A stretch of 64,000 nt of DNA from Antedon mediterranea. Taxonomy: Eukaryota > Animalia > Echinodermata. How positions within the stretch are numbered: the first letter of the stretch is position 1; each line of letters opens with the position of its first letter. The notes below the pieces were generated by a model. It had not been told where the DNA came from and did no database searches. It saw nothing but the letters and a program-made list of their open reading frames with translations. The position numbers and the translations under genes were made by a program. Positions 37,437-50,505 of the stretch are shown piece after piece. The DNA lies in the NCBI RefSeq assembly GCF_964355755.1, contig NC_092673.1, forward strand, positions 33,539,648 to 33,603,647, written 5' to 3'.

Positions 37437-39365
37437 CAGGCCCGTAGCCAGAATGCATCAGAGGGGGGTTTTCTTGACACCAAGTATTTTGCGAGCGCAG
37501 TGAGCAACTGTAGGCTGGGGGCCAGGGGGCCGCCAAGGGCCCCCGGTGGGGGTCCAGGGGGCGAAGTCCCCTTGAAGCTTTGGCTCTCAGAGCAATTTCG
37601 GTTGTTTTAATAAGCTTACAGAGACATTTTTTACCTACTAAAATCTGAGTAATGCAGAGAAATTATATAGTACAGTATTATGGAAGTTAGTAGTACTGAT
37701 CATGAAATACAGCTTTATTGTTGCAAAAAAGTATATTATATTAGGCCCTTAAATAATTTCTTATCCTATAAACATAAAAAACAAATAGTACCGTATATTT
37801 CGGTGTACAAGTCGCACCTGTGTACAAGACGCACCCATAACGGAGACTGAAATATTAGTATTTTTTATGTAGTCGATGCATAAGACGCACTTATTTCTAG
37901 GCCGAAATTTAAACATTTTTACAATCAAAACAATGGTATTTTAATAATAAAACAACGATATTTGAGACATATTTATTAGAATCAAATGATATAATTTTGT
38001 TTGATTGCCTTTATTACATCGTAATCAGTCTCTACTTCAACTACTACTACTACTACTTAAACTGAACGTTCAATGAAAAGGGAAATCCCCATATTGTTTC
38101 AGTTACGATGCACTGTGTGGGTAGGGCTAGCCTATGTCATTTAAGTAACTTTAATTTCATATTATTTAAATATATACCTTCTTATTGTGTGTATGACCAT
38201 TATAAAATCAATCCAAAAGATGTTCAGTTTTTTGGGCTGATAATGAACCAGGAATATCATGTTGGGTAGGCCTATATGAAAATCTTTCCTATTTCCATGC
38301 ATGCATTACAGCAATATGAGGAGAAAAGAGCACTAACCATGTGCTGCCTGGTGGCCAGCACTGTTGGCCATATACACTATGAGATTAGGGGAAGCTACTT
38401 AACACAATAACAACACACTCTTTTAGATATCGCTTGACATACGAACTATTGCCTACATGATTATAAAATTATGTGATTGTTGACATAGAGATGTAATAAA
38501 CATAAACCACCGTGATCAAGGGAAATAGTTATTGTGTAATTAAAATGTGACACCACCGTAATTAATGGACTCTTCCATAAATGTGTTGCGCTGTGTGATG
38601 CTGCATGCTGCTAGTACACACCCGCGAGTTCAGAGAGTATTACTAGGCCTGGGTAGAATATCTAATGCGTACTGTAATATTAATTAATACAGTCGAGGAT
38701 GACAATTTACCTTAACTAAAAATTCAATAAACTTGTTACCACACTGTGGTTAGACAGGAGTGAGTAACTAGCTAGGCCTACATTGCAGAGTAGTAGGCCT
38801 ACACTATTTTTAATTAATTTAAGTATTAGTAGGTAATTAAATTAATTAGGGTAACATTTAGAGGTCAAATTTGCGTGTCAAAAGTGCGTCTTATACACCG
38901 AAATATACGGTAGGCCTACGTACACGTACCAATTTAACTCAACACCATTTTTATTCAAGTTTACACAGTGAAATTCTTTGGTTTAATGAAAAATATTTCC
39001 AGGAAAAAAATAAAAATCCCCAAAAAGATTGAACTGAACTGAACGTGATCTTATGCGTTCCGAAAAGCCCGGCTGAAGCACGCGATTGGTCAGTCCATTT
39101 TTCTGTCATATTTATAACCATCTCAACAATCTCTCGATCTCACGCTCAGCAGTGACTTTGACATCGGACAATCTGTATATTCGATCGATTTAAACATAGT
39201 CAATAGAAGTAAAATGACCAAAAAATCTGCTATAATTGATAATTAATTGCACGATTTTGGAAGTGGGGCCTTTTTTTTTCAAGGGGGGTTCGCTGGTAAA
39301 AGGGGGGTTCGCGCAAAAGGGGGGGTTCGCCCGAACCCCCAAAAAACCCCCTGGCTACGGGCCTG
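37437..39365. mobile_element. Non-autonomous DNA transposon with CAGG...CCTG TIRs (hAT-like)
   Basis: caggcccgtagcca / tggctacgggcctg perfect inverted ends; GTTTG on both flanks (37432-37436 and 39366-39370); G/C-run subterminal regions. Confidence 0.8.
37791..38910. mobile_element. pogo/Tigger-like MITE nested in the 37437-39365 element
   Basis: ta|ccgtatatttcggtgtacaag ... cttatacaccgaaatatacgg|ta; TA duplication. Confidence 0.85.
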
Positions 39366-40137
39366 GTTTGAAGACCGTCGGGAAAAGTGTTCAAAAGAAA
39401 TGCACATGTTGTTACGTCAAGGAAACACATTAAAATGTCAAAGGTATAATAGTGACACAATATTATTCTTCGTCTATATTACAATAGATTAGTAATGATA
39501 TGATTCAATTCAGTTCTTTATAGACTCTCACCGTCGTCACAGTATTGTCATATAACACATGGCAAACAAATAAAACACAGAACGAAATCAAAATATGAAT
39601 GTTTACATAACAACAAATATTTGATACATTATGATACATTCTGTGGCACTTTGATACCGAGAACCGTCTGAACTAAAACATTTGATATTTAAACTAAAAT
39701 TTATTTTATTTATTTTATTTTGATGTCTTTAGATAATGTGGCCAAGGATTAGGCCCTACCAATAGGGAATTAATTAGTTTTATTCGAAAAAATATATGAT
39801 AATATAAATACAAAATATAAATCAAACAAACACATTAAGGTCACAAAAGGTTGTTTCCTATTTTTCCAATTCCAGATCTCCTATTTTATAATATTTCAAT
39901 TTTTATAAAAACAATTATATATACAACGGAGTATGTACCGTATAAATAGAATGAAGTTCTCAAAGGGTAATTTGTTTGAGAAATCATACATTGCATATGA
40001 CTGTAACATAATAACATCATCAGCATACTGTCTGCTGGGATTCGAAATTCGTTATCACCGTGGTTCTCGTAACCGGTATACCATGGAATATAATCTCTTT
40101 AAAATTTTCCTCTTTAATGTTTTTGTTTTAACTCTAA

Positions 40138-40316
40138 AGCGTGGTTCCCACTAGCGACGCAACGCAAGGACGTAACGCAACGCAAGTGAATTGACCAATC
40201 ACAAGCGATGGCTTATTCGCTTGTGATTGCTAACTGTCTATAACTTCGCTTGTCATTGGTTAAAACGCTTGCGTTGCGTTTACGTCCTTGCGTTACGTTC
40301 TAGTGGGAACCAAGCT
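40138..40316. mobile_element. Near-perfect palindromic 'ggttcccactag' MITE
   Basis: ggttcccactagcgacgcaacgcaaggacgtaa ... ttacgtccttgcgttacgttctagtgggaacc; TAA/TTA flanks (Tourist-like). Confidence 0.85.
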
Positions 40317-41299
40317 TTAAGCAACACCTCGTCACTAAATCCCTTTGGATATTCTTTTGATGATGAAATAACAATACAGTGTACGTATCTAAATTAATAG
40401 TTATGACTTTATAGATATGAACAGATGATCTGAAAAAAAATATAATTGTTTTCTTAGAATTGATGGAGTTCCACTGTGTAATCATACGATACTATAATGT
40501 ACGGTTGTAAAAACGTTATGCTCAAAAGTCTTCCAAACCATGCAAAATTAATCAAGAAAGAATTATTTTCTTATACTTGTATTATCATACTATATAATAA
40601 TAATAATAAAATAATAATAATAATACGGTTGTCGCTATGCTCCAAAGGCTTCCAAAAACGGTCTGCGGAAATATTCCCATTTTTTTTAAAGTAATAGGCC
40701 TACTCTTTTGTTCGGTTTCGATTCAAAATCTGATAGTTCCATACCCCATCTATGGAGTGCGGTTGCCGCACAACATGTTAATAAATTAAGTGAAATGATG
40801 CACATAGTTTGTTTGAGAGTTTCTCAACGTACTGATGACCAAACAAACCGTTTACTATTTTTAATTCCTATTTTGTTTTTCACGTTTTGCTTTCCATACC
40901 CATCATATGGAGTGCAGTCGCCGCAAATATTGTTCTGAAATAAAATGGGCGGATTTTTTTGCGAATTTTCCAACAAAAGACATTTCTAGCAATGTATAAT
41001 GTTATTTTTCAGCTGTTTCAGTTAATATTATTGTATAGTTTTTTTACATCGTAACTAAATTCCTCTCGTTTGAATAATGATACACTCTTGGAAAACAGTG
41101 TAGATAATTATGTTTTATTTATAATCTTTATGGTCTCCATGTGAATTCAGGGTGATCGGTAATAGAGGCGACATAGATTTACTGAGTGTACAGAAAACAC
41201 GTATACAGTACGTAAGTTTGATTTTAATTGGAATGTGTAATCATTAACTTTACCAATTTAGGCAGTTATTTCTAAACTACATTTATACTGTCAACATAT

Positions 41300-41868
41300 T
41301 GTTTGTCCATTTAACATCGTTTTAAATAATGCTTTATCCCCACCTCTTCCCCATTATGTGTTATTAATACATATGTTATGACCAAGCACTCAATGATCTT
41401 TCTTTAGACACTTTACCTGATAGAAGGCGTAATCTATGCTATAAGTTTGCTCTGAATTGTTCAAAAAGTATTCATTTTGGAAAATGGTTTCCAGTGAAGA
41501 ATGTAAGTAACATGAAACTAAGACGTGTAAAGTATCAACAACCCAAATGCAGAGTTGAAAGATATAGAAAAAGTGCAATACCATACCTTATCTCGCTTCT
41601 AAATGAATAATCAGTATATATCACACAGCTATGCGATTCTTATCGGTGCTTTTAGGTGTTTTTTTTTTTCTATTTTAATATTTTAAGCTAAACTTTTTGA
41701 ATGTTCCTGTATTGTATTTCTTGTGTAAATTGCCTCCTTTTTTATATATAATTATCATTGGTTTTATACTTTTATACAAATTTTAATATTGAGAAAATGT
41801 AAATATCTTTGTAATTCAGCTAAGGCTGCGATGATGATATTGAAATAAATGAAATGAAATGAAATGAA
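41300..41868 (+). mobile_element. 5'-truncated CR1/L2-group LINE 3' end
   Basis: Remnant TLPDRRRNLCYKFALNC..KWFP..KCRVERYRKSAIPYLISLLNE* followed by a 3' UTR, aataaa and a (tgaaa)n tail. Confidence 0.75.
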
Positions 41869-42214
41869 AATTATATCAGCGAAAATTATATCAAGCGAAA
41901 AATAAACCTTTTCTTTTGCAGTTACTGAACTTTTTTGTTATGGATTATGCTAAAAGATATAAATGACAATCATTTTTGTAAATTTCCTAAGAATAAAGTA
42001 TACAAATCAAATAAAAAACAATCAATTTTACACAGGAAAATACGATTTTTAAATGTTAAAAATAAAAAATAATATAATGGAGTGTGATACTTACAGTTAG
42101 CGTGCTGATAAAATGCTCGCCAATATCGTCTCCACAACCATTTTTGACTGAAGGATGCTTGGTATTTCGAACGAAAAATTAATTTAGTTATTATCTCCGC
42201 CTAAGATGGTATAT

Positions 42215-42480
42215 GGAGTGGAGCTGTGGCTTGGTGGTTATGATGCTTGGCTACCAATCTAAGGGTCCTGGGTTCAAGTCCTGTCATATGTCAGGTTTTT
42301 TTCTCATGACAATTTACAACTCCACTCCCAAAGACTTAATAATAAGTCTTTGTTTATGTAGAGCATCTTGTGTATATATTTGTCTTGTGAAATTATTAAA
42401 TAGTTTATCCATCCTGTAATTGGCGGGTTGCTCGCTGTTGGATGAGAATAAAATAAAATAAAAATAAAATAAAAATAAAA
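42215..42480 (+). mobile_element. tRNA-derived SINE
   Basis: A box tggcttggtgg, B box ggttcaagtcc, (taaaa)n tail at 42447-42480. Confidence 0.75.
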
Positions 42481-43551
42481 TATGTGTGTGTGCTCTTGAG
42501 TGTGGGGGTCTGTCTGTCTGGCTGTCTGTTAGCAGGATAACGCCAAAACTAAAAGATGGATCTTTAACAAATTCATAGTTATGTGATCACGGACGACTCC
42601 ATTAACTTATAATAAATAATTTTGGAGGAAAAAAACAAAAATAAATAAATAAATAAATAATTTTGGAGGAAATCCGGTCCATGATCCTAATTCTGGACCA
42701 CTTTTTTGTAATTTTACTACTCAATTTAGGCCGTACAAGAATGATATATATAACGATTCTTGATCCTTTTCATGTACACACATACTAAACAACATTCATC
42801 AGAAACAAATTAAAATAAAGTATGTTATACATAAAAAAAATAAATATTCGTCGCCCATACGACTGGTCAACAACTCCGGTTGGACACTCCCCCTGTGGGA
42901 AAAAGGGGGAAATTCCCCTTTAATTTGATAATAAACAATGGACAAGTTGTAATTAACCTTTAAACATTCGATTTATTTATCTCTGGGGCATTAAAATCTG
43001 GAAACCCCAAGCCACGCTACTTCATTAAAACAAGACGATACATACTACCAATAATACATTACATGTCTATATCGTTAAATTGTCCCTTCTTAATGTAATA
43101 ATCAGCTTTTTTTTTTTCTCAGTATCTTTCTTTTCAAGTGTTTTGTTTTTCATCGTGCACGATTGTTTCAAACTTTATAACATGCGTCATTTAATAATTT
43201 TATGTTAATTTGTTATCACGGAAAAGCGTATACGTACACCGTTACTTGAAGAGCATTAAATCCGTATCAATTTCCTTAATAACTATGTGTTTATCAAGGC
43301 CATAACATTAGAGTAGAACACTATTAAAACTCCTGGCGTTGTGTTGCTATAGTTGATGCAGCGACTCAGGAGCTTAAATGATTAGTTATGAAATTGGCAG
43401 GAATAGCCCAAGAGAAGTCAATGCGCGCACAAATGTGATCGTTGATTCAGGAAAGAGTAACATTCTGGTTGATCTTATTGTTTACTTTCCGCATGTCAAT
43501 TGCCTCATATTTGGTTTTCTATCCTCTTCCAATCATGCGGTATCGTGTCGT

Positions 43552-43927
43552 AAGCTTGGTTCCCACTAGAACGCAACGCAAAGACGTAACGCAACGCAAC
43601 GTGATTTGACCAATCTCAAGCGATGGATTATTCGAACAGTCGCGTGGGATTGGTCAACTTGCTTGTGTTGCGTCTACGTCCTTACGTTGCGCTCTAGTGA
43701 GAACCAAGCTTAAGGAAAGCTTGGTTCCCACTAGGACGTAAGCCCAACGCAAGCGAGTTGACAAATGACATTTAGGCGTGGTTACCACTAGAGACGAAAC
43801 ACAACGACGTAACGCAACGTAAGGGATTTGACCAATCACAAGCGATGAATTATTCGAACTGCCGCTTGTCATTGATCAACTCGCTTGCGTTGCGTATACG
43901 TCCTTGCGTCCTAGTGGGAACCAAGCT
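43552..43927. mobile_element. Cluster of tandem/nested 'ggttcccactag' MITEs
   Basis: Copy 43552-43710, second copy 43718-43927, with a further left end (gtggttaccactag) at ~43778. Confidence 0.8.
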
Positions 43928-46444
43928 TAAGCAATGTATTTAGTTTATAGTCTATGCATGGACCTAATTGTATAGGTCCATGGTCTATGAGCAGCTGATA
44001 TAGGTTGATAATCGAGAGTTCGTAACAGCTCATCGCACGTATGTTTTATCTATGTAAACCAATCTACCGTATTTTCTGATCCTTATCAATATTTTTATGA
44101 TATTACACAATAAAGCAATCTATTGACACGTTTGGTTTAATGTTCTGTCATCATCATGTCATTAGGCAATAATTATATTTATATTAACGTACTAATGTAA
44201 TCCTAATTGACAACATGGTGACAGCAACATTAGTACAACTATAATGTAATGTATAATAACAGTAGTAGTAATAGCAGCAACAACCAAGGTATTATTGCGT
44301 TACAGCTTTATAAACTATAATATCTATAAAAGTTGACTAAAGATCGCGTTCATCGTTGTCGTCATCGCCATTACCATCATTTCAGTCATTATCGGTCACG
44401 TCAGGGCGAAGATCTCCTCAAGCTGAACCCATTATGTGCAGCTCTTATCCAGGATATGCCATCAAGGAGCATGTCAGATCGAATCGTCGTCGTCGTCGTC
44501 GCCATCATTCCAGCCATTGCGTTGTACTGCGGCATTACACAGTGTTATGTTTTATGTGTCGCGCGTATTATGTTTTATGTGTCGCAAGCGGCGCTTTGAT
44601 TCAGATTGTTCAAAAAAAGTACAAATTAACTATGTTTCTCGTTGACATGATTAGACTAAGTGCTCACTTTCACTAAAATTATATCGGTCGTTTTCTTTTC
44701 TCATTAGATGCTTATCGTATACCTCAAATCTAACCTATAATTGTCCTGAGATGATAGTACACTAATAATGTTCGACATAATGCGTGTGCAACACGTAAAG
44801 TTGACGCACTTCTTTTGTGAAAAACGCACTTTTATCGTAACAGTTGACGCACTTAATTGCTGGATTTTAACAACGCTGGTTTTAAAAAATATTATAAATA
44901 AATCCATAATTGTTTTAGCAGCTTTAGCATAAAATGAATAGTCATGGTGAAATGGACATTAAGAACTAATGGTATTTGATAATAGTGTTTTAAAGATTTG
45001 ATTATTATATCATTCATTTTCATTATAATGTGTGATAATCCACTTAAATTCCATATATAATATTGTCGTTAAGTATAGCATCCCTTTGCTAATTCAAAAG
45101 TGCTTTCACCCTTCTAAATACCATTGTTCGTCTTCTTGTCTCATATAGGCTTATACATAATAATAGATTAATTTCCATGGCATTATTTAGTATAGTATTC
45201 TGTTATTGTAATTTAATTAACACAGCTTTAAAAAAAATAGAAAATTATCATTAATAATATTATTGTTATTATTATTATTATAATATATTCAGCAGGTTAA
45301 AGTGCTGGTACATAACCTGCCAGGAGAAAGTATAGACATATAGGCCCAAACAGTATAACTGTTCTTCTACATCATAAACACCAATGAAATACAGAAATAC
45401 ATACAGAAGTATGCAACTGTCACTAGATAGAGCCTAACTGACAATCGTAAGTCATCTAGAAACGAGTCTATTGTTTACTATTATACTTGCTGTATACACT
45501 ACAGTATATATACTGTTAATCTTCTTCTTTCGGTGTCCATAATCTTGCACCAAGTCTATAGTTATTGTCTATTTTATGTTTTAAGAAGAGATAAATGTAT
45601 TTAAACATTAAAATTAAATTATCCATATTCTATAGAAGCTATGTTGAGAAAATTAAAACAAAAATCAATGGAAAATGTGATAATATGTAAATGAACAAAA
45701 CTCTTTAAAAAAAGTGTATGAAACGGATGATGAAAACAAACATTGTTAATATAATAATATGTATAGTGTAATGAAATGAAAATGTTTAGAGAAAAATATA
45801 TGTAAAGAGATAGCAACATATGTATGGAAATAAACGTGGGATGAACCTACATAAGATGATAAAAAAAAAAAAAAAAAATTATCCATATTCCTAAATAACC
45901 ATTCGTCTGTTAATTGATGGTATTCGTTTGTTATAAAATGGAGCAACAAAACATGTTTTCCATTTCTGTGAACTCCACTGAGATAGTTACGTAATTTACT
46001 GTCGCGGCAAAGGTACTTTTGATCTGAATTTCGATGTTTCTCCTCTTATTTTGTTGCTCTGTGGTTTAACTAGCAATGATAGAGTTCTTTGTTGTGTCCT
46101 ATCCAGGTAAATTTTGGTCTGCCACAAACTGGTCTTTTTAACTTTCCGTACGAATTCTGCAAAAGCTACTATGACTATAGCGTATTCATTGGAAGTCTTA
46201 CATGTTCTTTTCTTTTGTAATGTAATCTTCTATTTATTGAATCAACCGTTTTTAGTTGTTTCTTTCTGTTACACAGAGTTCTATATTTCTTATTGACAGC
46301 ATGGCATGTGAATGAACGGTTAATCGTAGCAGCTCCGCTAAAACGTTACTAATATTTAACTATCATCAAGTCTAAGTATATTTGAACTGTGAGTTCATTT
46401 GTAGTATACCACATCTTAATTACACGGTGAAATTTTAAGTCAGA

Positions 46445-47203
46445 ATGCCAAAAAAAGAAGGAAATAGTCCTAGCCCCAACATCACCTGAGCCACCAAAGC
46501 CGCTGTCGCCGAAACCGACACAGAGCTATTGCGGCGTGAACTTATAGGACTAACAACAGATCTGCGCGGTATTCGTGACCAGCTGGATTCGGTCTTGCGT
46601 AACCAACAAACAATGCTTACGAGGATGGACACACTTGAAACCAAGCAGTCTGAGTTTGAAAAATCAATTGAATTCGAATGTGCTTCAATATCGGATTTAA
46701 AAAATAAAACTGCTACTTTAGATGCGAACATTAAAGATGTTTCGGCTGATGTTGGGAATGAAAAATTTAAGTTGTCAACGATGCAAAAAAAACTGAATAA
46801 GCTCGAACGGCACTCAAGATCTTACAACTTGCGATTCGGCGGTCTTCCAGAACATGATCATGAAAATGCTATAGTGAAAATTACAGATTTGATTGAAAAA
46901 GAACTAAATATACCAGACATCAAAATTGAAAACGCTCATCGTATAGGAAGGCCCCGTACACCGAATGAAACATCAAGACATATTATCGTACGGTTCGTAT
47001 ACCGTTCTCAACGTAATCAAGTCTTTACACAAGTGAGGTCACTATTTAAAAATACCAGTAAATTTGTCATTGATGATCTCAGTGAATCAGACTTAAAGAA
47101 AAAAAGAGGCTTGAGAGAAGTAATGACCAAGGCCTATGAAGAAGGGAAGCGACCTACTTTCAGAAATGGTAACCTCTATATCAATGGTCAGTTGTATGGC
47201 TAA
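46445..47203 (+). pseudogene. LINE ORF1 (coiled coil plus L1-type RRM) with one premature stop
   Basis: RSYNLRFGGLPE, IENAHRIG, RHIIVRF and VIDDLS motifs; ATG 46445 is in frame with the ORF-track frame but interrupted by TGA at 46487-46489. Confidence 0.85.
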
Positions 47204-47599
47204 CTTTAATTGTATACATTATCCTGAGAAGTAATGATCACGGCCTATGAAAAGGGGAAGCAACCAACTTTAAGAAATGGTAACCTCTATGAATGTTAAT
47301 GGTTTGTTGTATGGCAACCAATAATTGCACATATTTTGTAACTGCTTTCTTTTAATTACTTAAATTGTTTAATTGGCGGAGCATGCTACTATTTAATTTT
47401 TTTCCTAAACATGTCAGAAAGAAAATACTTTATTATACATCTTATTTTATTTATTATTATTTTTTATCTATTTATTATTTACTCCAAAAAAATGCTAACA
47501 CTATTACTATGCATATATATTATGATTGATTTTAACATTATTAATTCATACCTTGATTATGACGCATTTGAGGATTAAGGGTTTTTCTTTTAAATTGTG

Positions 47600-50505
47600 A
47601 ATACCTCACTGAACACAAATTTCATGAACATTTTGCATCGGATACAAACCAAATTTCATTACTACACTTTAATATCCGTAGCATGAATACAAATTTTGAC
47701 CACCTCTATAATTATTTTTTATCACATATTGATTCTGCTCCTACAATTGTTGGTCTCACGGAGACTTGGCTATCTGATTCTTCACATAACTTTTACTCAC
47801 TCCCCGGCTATAATTTATTAACAAACAGTAGACCTGGCGATCAACGTGGAGGTGGTGTAGCAATATACTTGCCTTCTACCTTCGATTGCCAAGAATTATC
47901 TGAATTACAATTTATGAATGACATATTGGAATCTATTTTTGTAGAAATCAGATGTCCTAATAAAACAATATTATCGTTGGTGGAGTCGTGTACAGACCAC
48001 CACAAAGTAACATATCATTATTTAACACTGAAATTGAAAACATTCTCTCACATCAAGCATTAACAAATAAAAATGTATTTATTATGGGCGATTTTAATTT
48101 AAATTTACTACATCACGATGAAAATGCACGCATTAGTGAATTTCTAGATACATTAATTTCATTTTCACTTATTCCACTTATTACCAAACCAACACGTGTA
48201 ACTGATACTTCATCTACGTTACTTGACAATATATTTAGCAATATCCACCCTTTCCCGGTCTCGGGAATTATTGTATCCGATATATCGGATCATTTTCCGA
48301 TATTTGCAAAAACCTCGCTAACGGTTAATCAACATTGTAACTGTCATTGTGATAAATAAGACAATTTACTCTTTTAATCCCCAATCGTTGGATCACTTTA
48401 AAGAACGTTTGGCAAACTCTGATTGGCAATTAGTTCTAGATGAAAATGACGCTAACAAGTCTTTTAATGTATTTATGGAAAGACTTAAATTTCTTCAAAA
48501 TGAATGTTTTAGTCAAAGGGCAAATCGTGTCAGAAGTCGTAAAAAAATCCCTCGTATGCCATGGATATCAAGATCTATATTAAAATCAATAAATAAGAAG
48601 AACAAACTTTTTTATAAATTTAAAATTTCTAAAACACTCGAATCTAAGACGAAATATAACAAATATAAAAATATTCTTACATCCTTAATACGTTCTGCTA
48701 AGAAAGACTATTTTTTCAATTCCAATCCGTATACAATGATATAAGAGGAACGTGGAAAGTGATAAATTCTGTATTGAATCCCGACCAAAGTCGTAAAGAG
48801 ATCGGAAAATTAAAAATTAATGGTCAAACTATCGTTGACAAACAGATCATAGTTGAGCACCTCAATGAATATTTCTCAAATATTGGCACTTCCTTAGCAC
48901 AATCGATTCCAACTACAAACAAATCTTTTCATAGTTATATGAATGATCCGAATAAAAACAGTATTTTTTTCGTTCCAATAACGGAAATGGACGTTATTGA
49001 TAGTGTAAATACCCTTAAGAAAAAAAAAGTCCTGGATTTGATGGAATAAGCAATGATTTAATTAAAAGCATTATTCCCAACATTATAACGCCTTTAATTC
49101 ATATATATAATCTCTCAATATGTAACGGGTGTGTCCCTAAAAGAATGAAAATTGCGAAAGTAATTCATTTATTAAAGAAAGGAAGTCTTGAAGAAGTATC
49201 AAATTACCGACCAATTTCACTATTGACATCATTTTCAAACATTTTAGAAAAGCTTGTATATATGCGGACTTTACATTTTTTAAACCAGTGTAATATTTTT
49301 CAAACATTCAATTTGGATTTAGAGAAAAGCACACTACGTCATATGCCATTTTACACTTCGTTGACATGATTACATCAGCCTTAGATAATCATATGCATAC
49401 AATTGGTATTTTCCTCGATTACTCCAAAGCTTTCGATACAGTTAATCATGAAATCTTACTGCATAAATTATCAAACTATGGAATTAGAGGGGTGGCTCAA
49501 AAATGGTTTAGAAGTTACCTTTCTGATAGGCAACAATTTGTATCATTAAATAATTTTGAATCAAGCTGCAGACCTGTTACATGTGGTGTCCCCCAGGGTT
49601 CGATTCTGGGCCCACTTCTCTTCATAATTTATGCAAATGATTTCAATAATGTATCTAATGTCATGTCGTCAATACTGTTTGCGGATGATTCAAGTCTGTT
49701 TTATTCACATGATGATCCAGATAGTCTTTGTGACATCGTTAATCAAGAACTAAAAAAAAAGTTACTACTTGGATACATGCAAACAAGCTATCACTAAATA
49801 TGCTAAAAACCAATTTTATGTTGTTTAGTAACAAATATAGTATGTTACCAAAAGATATTATTTTCAACAATGTTCCTATTAATCAAATAACCAACACAAA
49901 ATTTCTTGGTATATTTATTGACGACAGACTTGACTGGAAATCCCATGTTAATTACCTTTGCAAACTATTATCAAAAAATGTTGGCATGATGTATAAATTG
50001 AAATCAATATTTCCCCAAAAAGTATTAAATATTTTATATTCTACTCTTATTTTATCGTACTTAAATTATGGTGTTCTTGCTTGGGGAAATGCTTCAAAAT
50101 CAACTATTACTAAAATTTTATTAATCCAGAAACGAGCTTTCAGATTTATCTCAGGGGTAACTTTTCGTGCTCACACCCAAGATCTCTTTCAAAAAAATAA
50201 AATATTAAAAATTGAGGATCTCTATAGATTTAATGTTGGTGTCATCATGTTTCAATTAACCGCCGGACACTTACCACCTATAATAATCCAGTAAATTCAC
50301 TCAAAATAAACAATACCACACTCACCAAACAAGACAAAAAGATCAGTATCACCTGCCATTTACTCGAACTAGTCTTAAAATGAATACCCTTGTATACACT
50401 GGACCTAAACTCTGGAATTCTCTTCCTTTATTTCTTAAAAAATCTCATAACTGTGCTTTATTTAAACGTCAATTTAAACTATTATTGGTTGAAGGTTCTT
50501 TGTAA
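47600..50505 (+). pseudogene. LINE ORF2 (AP endonuclease plus reverse transcriptase), frameshifted
   Basis: APE motifs LTETWL, GGGVAIY, YRPP, GDFN, PTR, LDNIF, SDHFP; RT motifs NYRPISLL, FLDYSKAFDTVNH, GVPQGSILGPLLF, FADD; split over at least seven ORF-track pieces. Confidence 0.92.

Noticed and set aside
42220-42285. Functional tRNA gene
   Set aside because: A and B boxes are present but there is no convincing acceptor stem, and it continues into a SINE body with a (taaaa)n tail.
44333-44676. Three overlapping ORFs in a locally GC-richer patch
   Set aside because: Low-complexity (gtc)n/(cat)n content explains the lack of stops; no recognisable domain or splice pattern.
47683-50294. Prokaryotic retron/DGR or domesticated RT gene
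   Set aside because: The RT is preceded by an AP endonuclease and ORF1 and followed by a LINE tail; it is an ordinary frameshifted non-LTR retrotransposon.
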